A stretch of 64,000 nt of DNA, taken from Cyanophyceae cyanobacterium (GTDB lineage Bacteria > Cyanobacteriota > Cyanobacteriia > Cyanobacteriales > Laspinemataceae). Position numbers and translations under genes: made by a program. The stretch lies in NCBI GenBank assembly GCA_038321985.1, contig JBBQFN010000011.1, positions 64,001 to 128,000 on the forward strand, written 5' to 3'. A model generated the notes under the pieces. The model had not been told where the DNA came from. It saw only the letters and a list, made by a program, of their open reading frames with translations, and ran no database searches. Below are positions 52,561 through 63,941 of this stretch, piece by piece (position 1 is the stretch's first letter; each line of letters opens with the position of its first letter).

Positions 52561-52617
52561 CCCATTAAAAATTTAGAAGAAAAGGTTCAATCTTCTGAGT
52601 TTTTAATGGGCTTTTTT
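52561..52617 (+). terminator. Intrinsic terminator after prfB
   Basis: CCCATTAAAAA...TTTTTAATGGG followed by a T-run. Confidence 0.6.
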
Positions 52618-52748
52618 GAGGATGTCCCGTTTGGTTATGTCTCCGCTTTTTGAGATTTCGGAGGAATTAAAATCTCAGAAAGTGATAGGATTGAAAGGAC
52701 TGTTAATCCGGGTCTGTATTTGCTAAACTTTTAATTTTATTAAGCACA

Positions 52749-52976
52749 ATGAGTCACCCCTCCACCCCGTCTGAGTTGTCCGACCAGCCCGAACCGGAAA
52801 CCGCTCCCTTGACTGCATCGGAGAGCGGAGAATCCCCACAAATCCCTAAAGATAGCTATGTGAAACTGGCAATGCGAAATATGGTCCGCAAGCGCGGGAC
52901 CTCTCTCCAACATTTCTTTCTCACTACAGTGGGGCTAGTAGGACTACTGGTGGGACTGGCGTATCTAACCCGTTAA
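52749..52976 (+). CDS. DUF3285 family protein
   Basis: SYVKLAMRNMVRK motif and a C-terminal TM. Confidence 0.8.
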   Translation: MSHPSTPSELSDQPEPETAPLTASESGESPQIPKDSYVKLAMRNMVRKRGTSLQHFFLTTVGLVGLLVGLAYLTR

Positions 52977-53013
52977 GCATCCGCCGTTATATCAGCAGAG
53001 GATAAATAATTTC

Positions 53014-53535
53014 GTGCAGTGTGAAACCATTGAACTCGATTTGAGCGTGCAAAATGCTTATTGGGAGTCAGAAGTCTCGCCTTCAGTTCAGTTCGAGGCG
53101 ATCGCACCAGAAACTTGGGACCAGTGGTTCCAAACTTGGCTACAACAGCTAGAATCAGAACTGCCATCGGCGATCGCCTACGAACTCAGCATTCGCCTGA
53201 GCGATGATGGCGAAATCCAGCAGCTTAATGCCCAATATCGCCATCAAGATAAATCCACCGATGTTTTATCTTTTGCCGCTTTAGAGGTAGAGTATCCCCA
53301 GCTAGAGTCCCTTCGCGGAGAAATTCCTCTGTACTTAGGGGATATTATTATTTCCGTGGACACAGCCGCTCGGCAAGCTGAACAGCAGGAGCATTCCCTA
53401 ACGGTAGAATTGGCGTGGTTAGCTGCTCATGGACTCCTTCATCTGTTGGGTTGGGATCATCCAGATGAAGAGAGTTTGACCCGGATGTTAGATCAACAAG
53501 AAACCTTACTCACCGCCGTGGGTCTTGCTCTGTAA
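53014..53535 (+). CDS. ybeY: rRNA maturation RNase YbeY
   Basis: TDVLSF, LGDIIIS and HGLLHLLGWDH motifs. Confidence 0.96.
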   Translation: MQCETIELDLSVQNAYWESEVSPSVQFEAIAPETWDQWFQTWLQQLESELPSAIAYELSIRLSDDGEIQQLNAQYRHQDKSTDVLSFAALEVEYPQLESLRGEIPLYLGDIIISVDTAARQAEQQEHSLTVELAWLAAHGLLHLLGWDHPDEESLTRMLDQQETLLTAVGLAL

Positions 53536-53623
53536 CGATGCGAACAACACAACTTCCTAAAAAGAGGGGTTGTAGTATGGGTTCAGTACCTGACCACACT
53601 AGAGTACGGAAGCGATAGCTGCC

Positions 53624-54157
53624 ATGAAATTAGACCGTTCGGAAATAACCGGCCAACCGTCCCAATCCGTTGCCCCACCATCAAAATTGTCTACAGCCCT
53701 GCCTATGTCTGAAGAGGGATCGAACCCAGCACCGAAGCGATCGCATCAGCCTAACCGATTCAATCGGGATTTGTCCTGGCAGGTTGCTAGCAACTTATTC
53801 ATTAGTTTTAAATATGCCGCAGCGGGAATTAGATACGCCTTTCAAACCCAACGCAATTTTCGTATTCATGTCGTCATTGGTTTAGGGGCGATCGCCTTGG
53901 GAGTTTTTTTACAAATCGGCTTTGTAGAAATTTCCATCATTACCTTAACAATTGGGGCGGTTTTAGCAATGGAACTCCTAAATACTGCCCTAGAATCCGT
54001 TGTTGATTTAACCGTTCAGCAAAGTTACCATGAATTAGCAAAAATTGCTAAAGATTGTGCGGCAGGCGCGGTTTTAATCTCCGCCATCATGGCGATCGCC
54101 GTTGCCGGATGCCTGCTTTTGCCCCCCTTATTCACCTGGGTGCAAGAACTTCGTTAA
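53624..54157 (+). CDS. dgkA: Diacylglycerol/undecaprenol kinase
   Basis: ELLNTALESVVDL and AKDCAAGAV motifs. Confidence 0.92.
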   Translation: MKLDRSEITGQPSQSVAPPSKLSTALPMSEEGSNPAPKRSHQPNRFNRDLSWQVASNLFISFKYAAAGIRYAFQTQRNFRIHVVIGLGAIALGVFLQIGFVEISIITLTIGAVLAMELLNTALESVVDLTVQQSYHELAKIAKDCAAGAVLISAIMAIAVAGCLLLPPLFTWVQELR

Positions 54158-54431
54158 CCGTCCCGCTTCCCCCGGTCCGGTTTACACCCAGTACGGTCCC
54201 CGCCTAACCTCCTCTGGTCATGAATTCCATTGCCATCTTCTCAATCGCGATCGCCCGGGGTGGATCTCATCCACCCCCGACCTGAATCACAACCCCAGTC
54301 CAGGGTTCCCTCAACCAAGTGCAATCTCTGCGTGCTGAATCCCCCCCTCTCACCCCTTTTCAAAAGCTATACATCATATCATAACATTTAAAACTTAGTG
54401 AATAAATTTTCGGGGACTAAGGGCTAAATTT

Positions 54432-54467
54432 TAAAATCTAAAAATCTAAAATCTAAAATCTAAAATC
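54432..54467. repeat. Heptamer tandem repeat (TAAAATC)n, STRR-like
   Basis: About 5 copies, same unit as at 10664. Confidence 0.75.
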
Positions 54468-54484
54468 CCCAATTATTATGATTA

Positions 54485-55114
54485 ATGTTCGCCCAAAAAG
54501 GAGCTTCAACCTTGATTGTCGTTATCGATAACTACGACAGCTTTACCTATAACCTCGTCCAGTATCTTGGAGAACTGGGCAAAGAAACGGCGATCGCCTC
54601 GGATATCCGCGTCTACCGGAACGACCAAATCACCATCGACCAAATTCGTAAATTAGGACCTGATGCGATCGTCATCTCCCCAGGACCGGGACGCCCGGAA
54701 GATGCAGGCATTTCCCTGGAGTTGATTACTCAATTAGCGCCCACCCTGCCCATTCTGGGGGTTTGCCTTGGTCATCAATGTATTGGACAAGTCTTTGGCG
54801 GTAAAATCGTCGGTGCATCAGAACTGATGCATGGCAAGACCTCCGAAGTTCATCACAACGGGGTTGGCGTCTTTCAAAACTTAGACAATCCCTTTACCGC
54901 CACTCGGTATCACAGTCTCGTCATTGACCGAGACACCTGTCCGGAGGAACTAGAAATTACGGCGTGGGTTGACGATGGGACGATTATGGGAGTCCGGCAT
55001 CGGAAGTATCCCACCCTAGAAGGAGTGCAATTTCACCCGGAAAGCATCCTCACCACCCCCGGAAAACAACTGCTGAAAAACTTTCTCGATCAGTTGCAAT
55101 CTTCCGTGGTGTAA
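54485..55114 (+). CDS. trpG: Anthranilate/aminodeoxychorismate synthase component II
   Basis: [22 protein letters not shown] and QFHPES motifs. Confidence 0.93.
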   Translation: MFAQKGASTLIVVIDNYDSFTYNLVQYLGELGKETAIASDIRVYRNDQITIDQIRKLGPDAIVISPGPGRPEDAGISLELITQLAPTLPILGVCLGHQCIGQVFGGKIVGASELMHGKTSEVHHNGVGVFQNLDNPFTATRYHSLVIDRDTCPEELEITAWVDDGTIMGVRHRKYPTLEGVQFHPESILTTPGKQLLKNFLDQLQSSVV

Positions 55115-55173
55115 TCGAACCTTTCATCCTTGACCTTTGACCTTAAGTTCCGCTGTTTGTAGCGATTTAGAGC

Positions 55174-55992
55174 ATGATTAATCGGCGACAGTTTTTCCAT
55201 TACGGGAAAGTAGCGGCTTTGGCCGGTATTGCCACCACAGTTCCCGGGGCATGGCAACATTGGGCAGCTCAAACGCCCCCCAGTTCTGAAAACCTGGCTC
55301 AAAACACCAATTCCCTGTCGGTGCAATGGTTAGGCCATAGTTGCTTTTTATTTGCAGGGGAAGGCCAACGGGTCCTAGTTAATCCCTTTCGGACCCTCGG
55401 ATGTACCGCAGGATATCCTTCCCCCTTGGTACCCGCAGATTTAGTGTTGATTAGTTCGCGCTTATTAGACGAAGGAAACACCGAAGGACTACCGGGACAA
55501 CCCCGATTATTATTTGAACCCGGGTCCTATCAGTTTCGTAACAAGCAAATCCAGGGAATTCGCACGGACCACGATCGCAATGGAGGACGGCGCTTTGGTA
55601 TCAACGTCGCCTGGACTTGGACCCAAGCCGGGGTTAAAATCCTCCACCTAGGCGGCGCAGCGGCACCGATTAATTCAGAACAGCAAATCCTGATGGGACG
55701 CCCCGATTTACTGTTATTGCCTGTAGGGGGTGGTCCCAAAGCCTATACCCCATTGGAAGCGAAGGAAGCGATGCTCAAGTTGAACCCGAAGGTCGTAATT
55801 CCGATGCACTATCGCACCACAGCAGCAGATCCCCAGGTTTGTGATCTAGATGGGGTAGATGAGTTTTTATCCCTTTTAGATAACTCGGCGGTGGAAAAGG
55901 TCAATGCAGCTTCAATTGAACTAACTACGGGCAGTTTGCCGCAAACGGGTCCAGTCATTAAGGTGATGAGTTATCAGACGGTAACGGGTTGA
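55174..55992 (+). CDS. MBL-fold metallo-hydrolase-like protein with Tat signal
   Basis: NRRQFF twin-arginine motif, WLGHSCF and IPMHY. Confidence 0.85.
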   Translation: MINRRQFFHYGKVAALAGIATTVPGAWQHWAAQTPPSSENLAQNTNSLSVQWLGHSCFLFAGEGQRVLVNPFRTLGCTAGYPSPLVPADLVLISSRLLDEGNTEGLPGQPRLLFEPGSYQFRNKQIQGIRTDHDRNGGRRFGINVAWTWTQAGVKILHLGGAAAPINSEQQILMGRPDLLLLPVGGGPKAYTPLEAKEAMLKLNPKVVIPMHYRTTAADPQVCDLDGVDEFLSLLDNSAVEKVNAASIELTTGSLPQTGPVIKVMSYQTVTG

Positions 55993-56029
55993 GGAGAGGG
56001 CGACGGAATTACCCATTACCTCTATAGAG

Positions 56030-56066
56030 AAAGGCGGGGCAGTACCTAGACTAGCCCCGCCTTTTT
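56030..56066 (+). terminator. Intrinsic terminator
   Basis: AAAGGCGGGGC...GCCCCGCCTTTTT. Confidence 0.65.
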
Positions 56067-56256
56067 ATAGGGTTACATCCTAGCACGGGGGTACCGGATT
56101 AACTCCCCGGGACAAGAAACCGGGTTTCGGGCTTAGATGGGTTGCAAAGTCCGTTTGAATTTTGTACAGAAACCTGGTTTGTCTTCGCGCTACTGTAGCG
56201 ATGTTCTCGGATTTGTGTGAGTCCGGGACATAACGATAGGAGAGCATTGTAGGGGA

Positions 56257-57786
56257 TTAACTAATTTTTCTGCCCATGAGTAGGGCTTTGGTGGCTGACT
56301 CCCCAGCGCGGTTGAGTTGTTGACTTAATTTAGCCGAAAGTGCCGCTAAAATAGCGAGATGCCCTAGAAATGCCATGAATATGGGGGTAGCGGTGGCGTA
56401 TTGTAGGCCGGATAAAAAGAGGATTGAGAGCATATATATTTGGGGGATCATTTCCGGTTGTCCTCCTAATAGGGCTATGATTAGCAGCGGTACGCCGATC
56501 GCAACTGCAACAATGCCACTTGCCAACAATACTCGCTTTTTGGATTTGATCAACAACATGATCTGGGCCAGGACCGCATAAATACTCGCCAAAATGACGT
56601 AGAAGCCGATCGCAGCGATCGCCTGCAATTTGGGGAGCGTTTCCAGGGGCCAGAAGAGGACACAGGGAATGAAGATGATCGCGACGATGGTGGCACAGAT
56701 GGCGATCGCCACTGGCGCAGGACTTTTTTCGCCCCAAATTAAATCTTGTAACACTGCTTGACGGCTGGCTTGATGGGAATAACGAGCCCAATCCAAGAGG
56801 GTTTGTCGCGGCGGTGAGAGGGCGGCAATCAGACCCAAAAATAAGAATAAATTCAGCAGGGCGATAAAACGCACGTTGTCAAACCATAAATAAGCTGTTA
56901 AGTCTGAGTCTAAAAAGGACTTCACTAATCCTAAAAAGAGGATATTCACGCAAAAAACCAAGGCGTAACTTTGTTTTTTGCTGATCACGGTGGCGGCAGG
57001 ATTGCGGAATCGTCGATGCAACCCTTGCCAAATCCAGTAGGTCCAAACCACACAATTGACTACAGCAAATCCCCGGACATGGAATAAATTATCCCCATTT
57101 AAAAAGAAATTAAACCATCGATGTGACGCCCAATCTTTTCCATAGCTATAAAACTCATGATACATGAACCACCACATCATTGTTACGGTCAAACCCGCCC
57201 CGACAAAGGCTTGATGACCTCCCATCAAAGCAAAAAGCGCCGCCGCACTGTAAAATAGACAGCCAAAGGCGGCCAGGACAACATAGAAACTTAACACTTC
57301 CAAGAGGGGAAGTTGGGCCATGATTGCCGTTACTGCATACATCGGTAAGGCGATCGTTACGGCGAGGTAAAGTAACACCGGCACCCCGAGTAATTTTCCG
57401 ATTAAAATACTCTGACTCGACTGGGGACTAAGGCGAATAAAATTCAATGTTCCCCGTTGTTCTTCTCGTGCCAAATCTGCAATCAGCAGATAGACTCCCC
57501 CACCAACAAGTGCCAGGGGCAAAATCCAATAAAATACCTGATTTAAGTTCGTATACCACAGCCTCCAATCCACGAGACAAGAGATATTTTCTGAGGAAAT
57601 GCAATAGGTTCCAGAGGTGGTGTCAGGCCCCGGAATTTGGGTGATGAAGGTCAGGGCGAGCAACAGTTGAGCCCCCATAGATGCCAACACTGCTAAGGTG
57701 ACATTACGTGATATTAATCGACCTTTTAGTTCCCGAATAAACTGGGGATTCCATTCTCCGAGATAATCCATTAAACGACTGGTCAT
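56257..57786 (-). CDS. ABC transporter permease
   Basis: WNPQFIRELKGRL and EEQRGTLNFIRLSPQ motifs, many TMs, downstream of an ABC ATPase. Confidence 0.8.
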   Translation of the reverse strand: MTSRLMDYLGEWNPQFIRELKGRLISRNVTLAVLASMGAQLLLALTFITQIPGPDTTSGTYCISSENISCLVDWRLWYTNLNQVFYWILPLALVGGGVYLLIADLAREEQRGTLNFIRLSPQSSQSILIGKLLGVPVLLYLAVTIALPMYAVTAIMAQLPLLEVLSFYVVLAAFGCLFYSAAALFALMGGHQAFVGAGLTVTMMWWFMYHEFYSYGKDWASHRWFNFFLNGDNLFHVRGFAVVNCVVWTYWIWQGLHRRFRNPAATVISKKQSYALVFCVNILFLGLVKSFLDSDLTAYLWFDNVRFIALLNLFLFLGLIAALSPPRQTLLDWARYSHQASRQAVLQDLIWGEKSPAPVAIAICATIVAIIFIPCVLFWPLETLPKLQAIAAIGFYVILASIYAVLAQIMLLIKSKKRVLLASGIVAVAIGVPLLIIALLGGQPEMIPQIYMLSILFLSGLQYATATPIFMAFLGHLAILAALSAKLSQQLNRAGESATKALLMGRKIS

Positions 57787-57873
57787 TGAAGTGTTTCCTT
57801 AAGGTACAACAACATTTAAAAAGAAACCGTAGCTCTAGATTTCTGTAAGAAAAATCTAAACCCACAAAGAGGG

Positions 57874-58824
57874 TTAAGATGCTTGCTTATGCCCTAACTT
57901 GAGAAAAATTGTTTCCAAATCTTCCTGAGTGCAGTGAAATTCATGCAAAGGAATCTTCGCATCCACCAGCGATCGCAACAAATTGGCACTCTCTTCCGGT
58001 GTCCCGGCAAAATGCACCCGCAGGGTTTTGCCATCGGGATTGACCTCCCATCCCTCGACTTGCGGAAACTGTTTCAGTTCGGCTTTCAATGCCTCTACCT
58101 GACCCAAAGTCGAGATTAAAATTTGCTGGCGACTCAAGCGTTGGTAGAGTTCTTTTAAAGGCGCACTTTCCACTAAATACCCCAGTTCCATAATTCCCAC
58201 TGAGGTACACAATTCCGCCAAGTCACTCAACACATGAGAGGAAATTAAAATTGTCATCCCTGCTTCTTGCAAGGTTTTAATAATTTCCCGGAACTGCATT
58301 CGGGCAATCGGGTCTAACCCTGAAACTGGCTCATCTAGTAGCAATAAAATCGGTTCATGTACAATGGTTCGCGCCAGAGAAAGTCGCTGTTTCATCCCTC
58401 GGGACAAAGTGGCGATCGAACTCACCCGCTTATTCTCCAATTGCACCAATTCCAAGACTTCATAAAGACGCTGACTGCGCCGGGGTTCCCGCAGATCATA
58501 CAGTCGGGCAAAATAGTCCAGATAGTCCCAAACTGTTAAATCATCATACAGGGGAAAATCATCGGGCAAATATCCCAAACGACGTTTAAGAGTGGGGTTA
58601 TTACTATCCCGCAGCAGGCGTTCCCCATTGATATAAATTTCCCCAATTGTGGGTTCTTCTGCCGTTGCTAACATTCGGATTAAGGTCGTTTTTCCGGCAC
58701 CGTTGGGTCCAATCAGTCCATAAACTTCCCCGAGACCGACTTGTAAATGAACATCATTAACAGCGATATATCGGTCAAATTGCTTAGTGAGTCCACGAGT
58801 ATCGATTGCCAGTTCTGTTGCCAT
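57874..58824 (-). CDS. ABC transporter ATP-binding protein
   Basis: GPNGAGKTT, LSRGMKQR and LLDEP motifs. Confidence 0.93.
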   Translation of the reverse strand: MATELAIDTRGLTKQFDRYIAVNDVHLQVGLGEVYGLIGPNGAGKTTLIRMLATAEEPTIGEIYINGERLLRDSNNPTLKRRLGYLPDDFPLYDDLTVWDYLDYFARLYDLREPRRSQRLYEVLELVQLENKRVSSIATLSRGMKQRLSLARTIVHEPILLLLDEPVSGLDPIARMQFREIIKTLQEAGMTILISSHVLSDLAELCTSVGIMELGYLVESAPLKELYQRLSRQQILISTLGQVEALKAELKQFPQVEGWEVNPDGKTLRVHFAGTPEESANLLRSLVDAKIPLHEFHCTQEDLETIFLKLGHKQAS

Positions 58825-59039
58825 AAATGCTGGACGTTGAGATCGTTAAAGGGTGACCTATCTCCTAAGCTAACCTCTCCCTAGGGCGATCGTCAGTAGT
58901 GTTTCACAAATTGCTACACCCCGGACCCGATCTGTTTGGAACTATCCGAGGAAAAATATCTAATTTCCGCCGCACTCTTGCTTGATATAGTGGAGTTTCT
59001 TAAGCAAAATTGGTCTAACTTTCAAGACATTGGGTAGAA

Positions 59040-60332
59040 ATGGCACTGGCAACTGTGGATTCTCTCCTGTCCTCTTTTGGACGCTTTGGCGTTGAACTCG
59101 GCCTCGATCGCATCAAACGACTCTTACAAGACTTAGGCAATCCTCACGACTCCGTTCCTCTGATTCATGTAGCGGGAACCAATGGTAAAGGGTCAGTCTG
59201 CGCCTATTTGTCAGCTATTCTCACGGAAGCAGGGTATCGAGTTGGGCGCTATACCTCGCCGCATCTGGTGGATTGGACGGAACGAATCTGTGTGAATGAC
59301 AGCCCAATTTCTGAAGCCGCGTTACAGGAGGTCCTGATCCAAGTCCAGGAGGCGATCGACAAGGCGGCCCCTTCTCCTACCCAGTTTGAAGTAATTACGG
59401 CGGCGGCATGGTTGTATTTTGCTCAACAACAGGTGGATGTGGCAGTGATGGAAGTTGGACTCGGGGGCCGATTAGATGCCACCAATGTTTGCGATCGCCC
59501 TTTAGTAACGGTGATCACCTCCATTAGTTGGGAACATTGGCAGCGCCTTGGCCCTACTCTGGCTGATATTGCTGGGGAAAAAGCCGGAATCCTCAAATCT
59601 GGATGTCCCGCAATCGTGGGACTGTTACCCCAAGAAGCAAAAGCAGTGGTCGATCGCCGGATTGCTGAACTCAACTGTCCAGCCCTATTTCCTGCACCCG
59701 CCACCCCTATCGCCATGCAACCTGGATGGGTCCAGACTCAAGGACTCTCCTATCCCCTCCCCCTCCCCGGTGAAGCGCAATTAATTAATTCGGCCCTAGC
59801 TGTCGCCACCGTAGAAACCCTCAGACAGCAGGGGTGGCAAATTTCCAATGAGGCGACTGCCCAGGGAATGGCTAAAACCCAATGGCCCGGACGCCTCCAG
59901 TGGGTGATTCGGGACAATCGCCCCCTTCTGATTGATGGGGCTCACAATGCTGCTGCTGCCCAAATCCTACGTCATTATGTCACGAGTCTTAACTCCCCCG
60001 AGACTGTCCCCAACATCCCAGAAGGGGCATTACCACCAAGGACAACTTGGGTGATGGGAATGCTTTCTACAAAAGACCATTCTGGTATATTTAGCGCCTT
60101 ACTCCGACCGGGCGATAATTTATACTTAGTCCCCGTCCCCGACCATGATTCAGCTAGACCAGAAGAGTTAGCCACCCTTGCCCGAAATATCTGTCCCGAG
60201 GTAGAGGACATTCACTGTTATCAGGACTTATTTTCAGCCCTAGAAGAAGCCCTGCATCTTGAGAGTCATCTAACGGTGTTATGTGGGTCTCTTTATTTGC
60301 TGGGATACTTTTTAGCTGATATTCCCACTTAA
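59040..60332 (+). CDS. folC: Folylpolyglutamate synthase / dihydrofolate synthase
   Basis: GTNGKGS, EVGLGGRLDATN and DGAHN motifs. Confidence 0.96.
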   Translation: MALATVDSLLSSFGRFGVELGLDRIKRLLQDLGNPHDSVPLIHVAGTNGKGSVCAYLSAILTEAGYRVGRYTSPHLVDWTERICVNDSPISEAALQEVLIQVQEAIDKAAPSPTQFEVITAAAWLYFAQQQVDVAVMEVGLGGRLDATNVCDRPLVTVITSISWEHWQRLGPTLADIAGEKAGILKSGCPAIVGLLPQEAKAVVDRRIAELNCPALFPAPATPIAMQPGWVQTQGLSYPLPLPGEAQLINSALAVATVETLRQQGWQISNEATAQGMAKTQWPGRLQWVIRDNRPLLIDGAHNAAAAQILRHYVTSLNSPETVPNIPEGALPPRTTWVMGMLSTKDHSGIFSALLRPGDNLYLVPVPDHDSARPEELATLARNICPEVEDIHCYQDLFSALEEALHLESHLTVLCGSLYLLGYFLADIPT

Positions 60333-60442
60333 AAAAAGCATGAAGGGGGAAGGATTCTTTTGATGAAACCTTTTGCAGAATCAAGAGATCCCCCCAAGCC
60401 CCCTCAGTCAGGGGGCTTTTTAGATTTTTGCTAACCCTTCCC

Positions 60443-61744
60443 TTAGTTACGGGCCTCCCACTGCTGGGCTGCATTAGTGACCGCCTGGTCCACGGACTGT
60501 TGACCTAGCATGGCCCCCTGTAAATTGTCGTAAATAATCCGTTGCAGTTGCTGGATATCTTCCATCGCCGGGATTAGGGCCTCTGCACTCTTCATATCCC
60601 CAGCGCTAATAATCCGGGCGCGATCAATCGCAGAGGCATCCGCAGGTAATGCCTGAAAATGACTATCCTGGAGGGATTGCAGGGTAGAGGGGAGAACATT
60701 GGCATCCTTGGCAAAGGTCAACTGATTTTCATTATTGGTGACAAATAGAGCAAATTTAACTGCTGCCTCTGGGACATCCGTATCGCGAGGAATGACTAAA
60801 TTCATCACTGCGGCAGTTTTCTTTCCGGTTTGGCCGGTAATCTGGGGCGCGGCAGCAGAGACTTGGGCAATACTCGGGGCATTTTCGGCGATCGTCTTGA
60901 AAAATTGGGGTCCTGAGCCCAGGAGGGCTATTTCTCCCGCTTGATAGAGTTGGACCGCTTGCCGGTGCCCTTGGGTGAGAACTTCCCGAGGTAACAAACC
61001 CTTTTGATAGAGGTCTACCCAATATTGAAAAGCGGCCCGACCTTCTGGGGTGTTAAAGGCGGCCTTGCCTTCGGCATCCACCAGTTGCATTCCCATTTGC
61101 ACCATCGATTCCAGGACCTCCGAGGAATCCCCGGGAACGAATGTCACGAATAGGGCATATTTGCCCGTTTTTTCGCGAATTTGTTGGGCGACTTCGGCTA
61201 ATTCAGCATAAGTGCTGGGAGGCTTTTCAATTCCAGCTTCCTTGAAGAGTTGGGTGTTATAAATAGAGATTCGCGTAGTCAGATACCAAGGGATGCCAAA
61301 GCTGGTGCCATTTAAGGTACTTGCTTTCCAGATATTGGGGAGATACTGCTGGCGAATGTCAGCAGGGACCTGAGAATCCAGGTCTAACCACGCATTGCGA
61401 CTGGCAAGAAGCGTGGCAAAATTAGGATTAAGGTTGACTACATCCGGGGCAGTTTTGGCCGATACAGCTGCCAGAATTTTGCTTTCCATTGCAGACCAAG
61501 GCACATCAACCCAACGCACCTTAATTTCAGGATTTTCTGATTCAAAGGTGGTGATTAAGGTATTGAAATAGTCTGTAAACTGCGGCTGGAGTTGCATCGT
61601 CCAAAATTCAACTTCCGAGGTCCCCGATGCGGGTTGTCCCGAATTGGAGCCAGTACCGTTGGTGCAGGCGATCGCCCAACTGAGTAACAACCCCGACAAG
61701 GCAAATAGTCCAAAGCGTTTCCAACGGTTGATTTTTACTCTCAT
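60443..61744 (-). CDS. Sugar ABC transporter substrate-binding lipoprotein
   Basis: AIAC lipobox, EFWTMQL, APDVVNL and GIPWY motifs. Confidence 0.88.
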   Translation of the reverse strand: MRVKINRWKRFGLFALSGLLLSWAIACTNGTGSNSGQPASGTSEVEFWTMQLQPQFTDYFNTLITTFESENPEIKVRWVDVPWSAMESKILAAVSAKTAPDVVNLNPNFATLLASRNAWLDLDSQVPADIRQQYLPNIWKASTLNGTSFGIPWYLTTRISIYNTQLFKEAGIEKPPSTYAELAEVAQQIREKTGKYALFVTFVPGDSSEVLESMVQMGMQLVDAEGKAAFNTPEGRAAFQYWVDLYQKGLLPREVLTQGHRQAVQLYQAGEIALLGSGPQFFKTIAENAPSIAQVSAAAPQITGQTGKKTAAVMNLVIPRDTDVPEAAVKFALFVTNNENQLTFAKDANVLPSTLQSLQDSHFQALPADASAIDRARIISAGDMKSAEALIPAMEDIQQLQRIIYDNLQGAMLGQQSVDQAVTNAAQQWEARN

Positions 61745-62017
61745 AGCCTAATTAGCATAGGACCCATAAGGTCGGGTGAGATAACGAACATCAAGGGAAT
61801 TTGACCCAGGCAAAGCGTGCTGATCGTAACTCAAATTGGTTAGATTATGAATACTCTATCCCCCTCGGGGACTATTTTGCTGGACTCTGGTGGAGCAACG
61901 CCTGATTGGTGTCAGTCTCCAAGCGCTTGCTAAGATTAAGGACTAGCACTCGCTGCTGTCACATAGGGTTTTGATGATTTCCAACTCACCCCCTTTCATT
62001 AAATATGGGACAAAACC

Positions 62018-63133
62018 GTGGTTAACTTCTTTAAAAAACTCCTGTCTAAAGGCTCCAATGGAATTGGACTTGAAATTGCTCCAGAACGACTCAATATCGT
62101 GCAACTGCGTCAACAGGGTGCCTCCTATCAACTCGAAACGTATGCCACGGTGGAAGTCCCCGAAGGCGTTGTGCAAGAAGGGTTGATTGCTGACCCCCCG
62201 GAGATGGCCCAAATCATCCAAGAAACTCTAGCGGAACACAATTTAACGAATATCAAGCGGGTGGCTACCGCTGTACCCGCGCGCGAAGGAGTAATTCGGA
62301 TTATCCCAGTCCCTAAAGAACTGAATGATTTGGAATTGCGGGAGTATATGAACCAAGAGGCGGGGCTATATTTGCCGTTTCCCCGAGAAGAGGCAGATGT
62401 AGACTTCCAAAAGTTAGGGGAGTTCATGGATGAGGATGGCATCGAAAAAGTTCAGGTGCTGCTCGTTGCGACCCGCAAAGAAGTTACCGATACTTATATT
62501 AGTACGTTTCAAGAAGCCGGATTAGGGATAGAAATTCTAGAAATTTCTAGTTTTGCTCTGTTGCGGACCCTTCGAGAACAACTGCTTCAGTTACCCTCAG
62601 AAGAGGCGGTGGTTCTGACTGATATTCAGTTTGATAGTACCGAGATTGCGATCGTTGTTGATGGAATTCCTCAGTTTTCCAGAACCATCCCGATTGGTAC
62701 CTATCAGGTTCAAACGGCACTGTCCCAAGCTATGAATTTACCCCCCTCTCGCAATACTGATATGTTGCAGGGAATGACCATTCCTGCGAACCCAACAGAA
62801 AGCACCGGAGCAGGTACAATGGGAGGGGGAAGTAGCCCCGGAACTCAGGCTATTATTAAAGTGTTTTCTGAGCTAGGGGATGAACTGCGGCGCTCAATCG
62901 ATTTTTATATGAATCAGAGCGAAGGATTGGAGGTCGGACAGCTCCTGCTGGCAGGACCGGGCGCATCGATTGGAGGGTTAGATGACTTTTTCAATCAGCG
63001 ATTAAGTTTATTAAGCATAGTAGTGGATCCAGTGGAGAATTTAGCCCTGGAAGTAGATGAAGAAAAAATGCCCCTAATGCAGCGCCCGGGATTGGGAGTT
63101 GTGCTGGGGTTAGCCATGCGGGAGGCAAAATGA
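62018..63133 (+). CDS. pilM: Type IV pilus assembly protein PilM
   Basis: GIGLEI, LYLPFPREEA, RRSIDFY and LGLAMR motifs. Confidence 0.93.
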   Translation: MVNFFKKLLSKGSNGIGLEIAPERLNIVQLRQQGASYQLETYATVEVPEGVVQEGLIADPPEMAQIIQETLAEHNLTNIKRVATAVPAREGVIRIIPVPKELNDLELREYMNQEAGLYLPFPREEADVDFQKLGEFMDEDGIEKVQVLLVATRKEVTDTYISTFQEAGLGIEILEISSFALLRTLREQLLQLPSEEAVVLTDIQFDSTEIAIVVDGIPQFSRTIPIGTYQVQTALSQAMNLPPSRNTDMLQGMTIPANPTESTGAGTMGGGSSPGTQAIIKVFSELGDELRRSIDFYMNQSEGLEVGQLLLAGPGASIGGLDDFFNQRLSLLSIVVDPVENLALEVDEEKMPLMQRPGLGVVLGLAMREAK

Positions 63134-63134
63134 A

Positions 63135-63941
63135 ATGTATAGTCTAGAAATTAATTTTCTCAACGATCGCGCTGATTATAAGCCCCCAGCCCCTAGAGCA
63201 TCAACCCGCCAGACATCCCGGCAACAAACGACTATGTTGATTGCGGGTCTGGCTACAGGAATATCGGCGATCGCCGTGGTCATGGGGGGCTGGTTTATGG
63301 TGAATAACCAAAATACCGAACTGCGCGGACAACTGGCAAACCTAGAGTCTCAAGCGGGTAGTTTGGGAGCTCAAGTTCAAGAGGTAGAAGCCATTAATGC
63401 TGAAATTCAGCAATTAAACACGCAAATCACATTTTTTGCCAATATTTTCAATACTTCCGTTAAACCGATGTCAGCGCTGTTACAAGAACTACGCGATCGC
63501 TTACCGGCAGGAGTGCAAGTAGCTAATCTAAACCACACCATCGAACAAGCCCTCCCCGAAGAAATTCAAACCACTTCACCTTGGACAAAAGTCAAGCAAA
63601 AAATTCAGATCCGGGGATATGCCAAAACCTTTGATGAAGTCAATGATTTTGTACTCACCCTGAAGCGATCGCCATTCTTTAATGAAGCTCAAACCCAGTT
63701 AGTAGATGCCACCCTGGTAGACAATCCGGTTGAAGTGGAATGCGACCCCAGTTTTCAGGCTCAACAGGTGACCTGTCCTCCGGAGGAATTTCAACTGCCA
63801 AGAGTCGTTGAATATAACATTAACGCTACAGTGAGTAACGTTCTGGCTTCAGAAATTCTTGCCGATCTACAGAGAACAAAAGCGGAAGGCCTGACAACGC
63901 GTCTCAATTTACTCGAACAAGAGGGGGTAATTCAACGATGA
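63135..63941 (+). CDS. pilN: Type IV pilus assembly protein PilN
   Basis: MYSLEINFL motif, TM and coiled coil, follows pilM. Confidence 0.9.
   Translation: MYSLEINFLNDRADYKPPAPRASTRQTSRQQTTMLIAGLATGISAIAVVMGGWFMVNNQNTELRGQLANLESQAGSLGAQVQEVEAINAEIQQLNTQITFFANIFNTSVKPMSALLQELRDRLPAGVQVANLNHTIEQALPEEIQTTSPWTKVKQKIQIRGYAKTFDEVNDFVLTLKRSPFFNEAQTQLVDATLVDNPVEVECDPSFQAQQVTCPPEEFQLPRVVEYNINATVSNVLASEILADLQRTKAEGLTTRLNLLEQEGVIQR

Noticed and set aside
61850..62017. SigF/SigJ promoter upstream of pilM
   Set aside because: Only a weak GGGACTAT resemblance, not supportable without TSS data.
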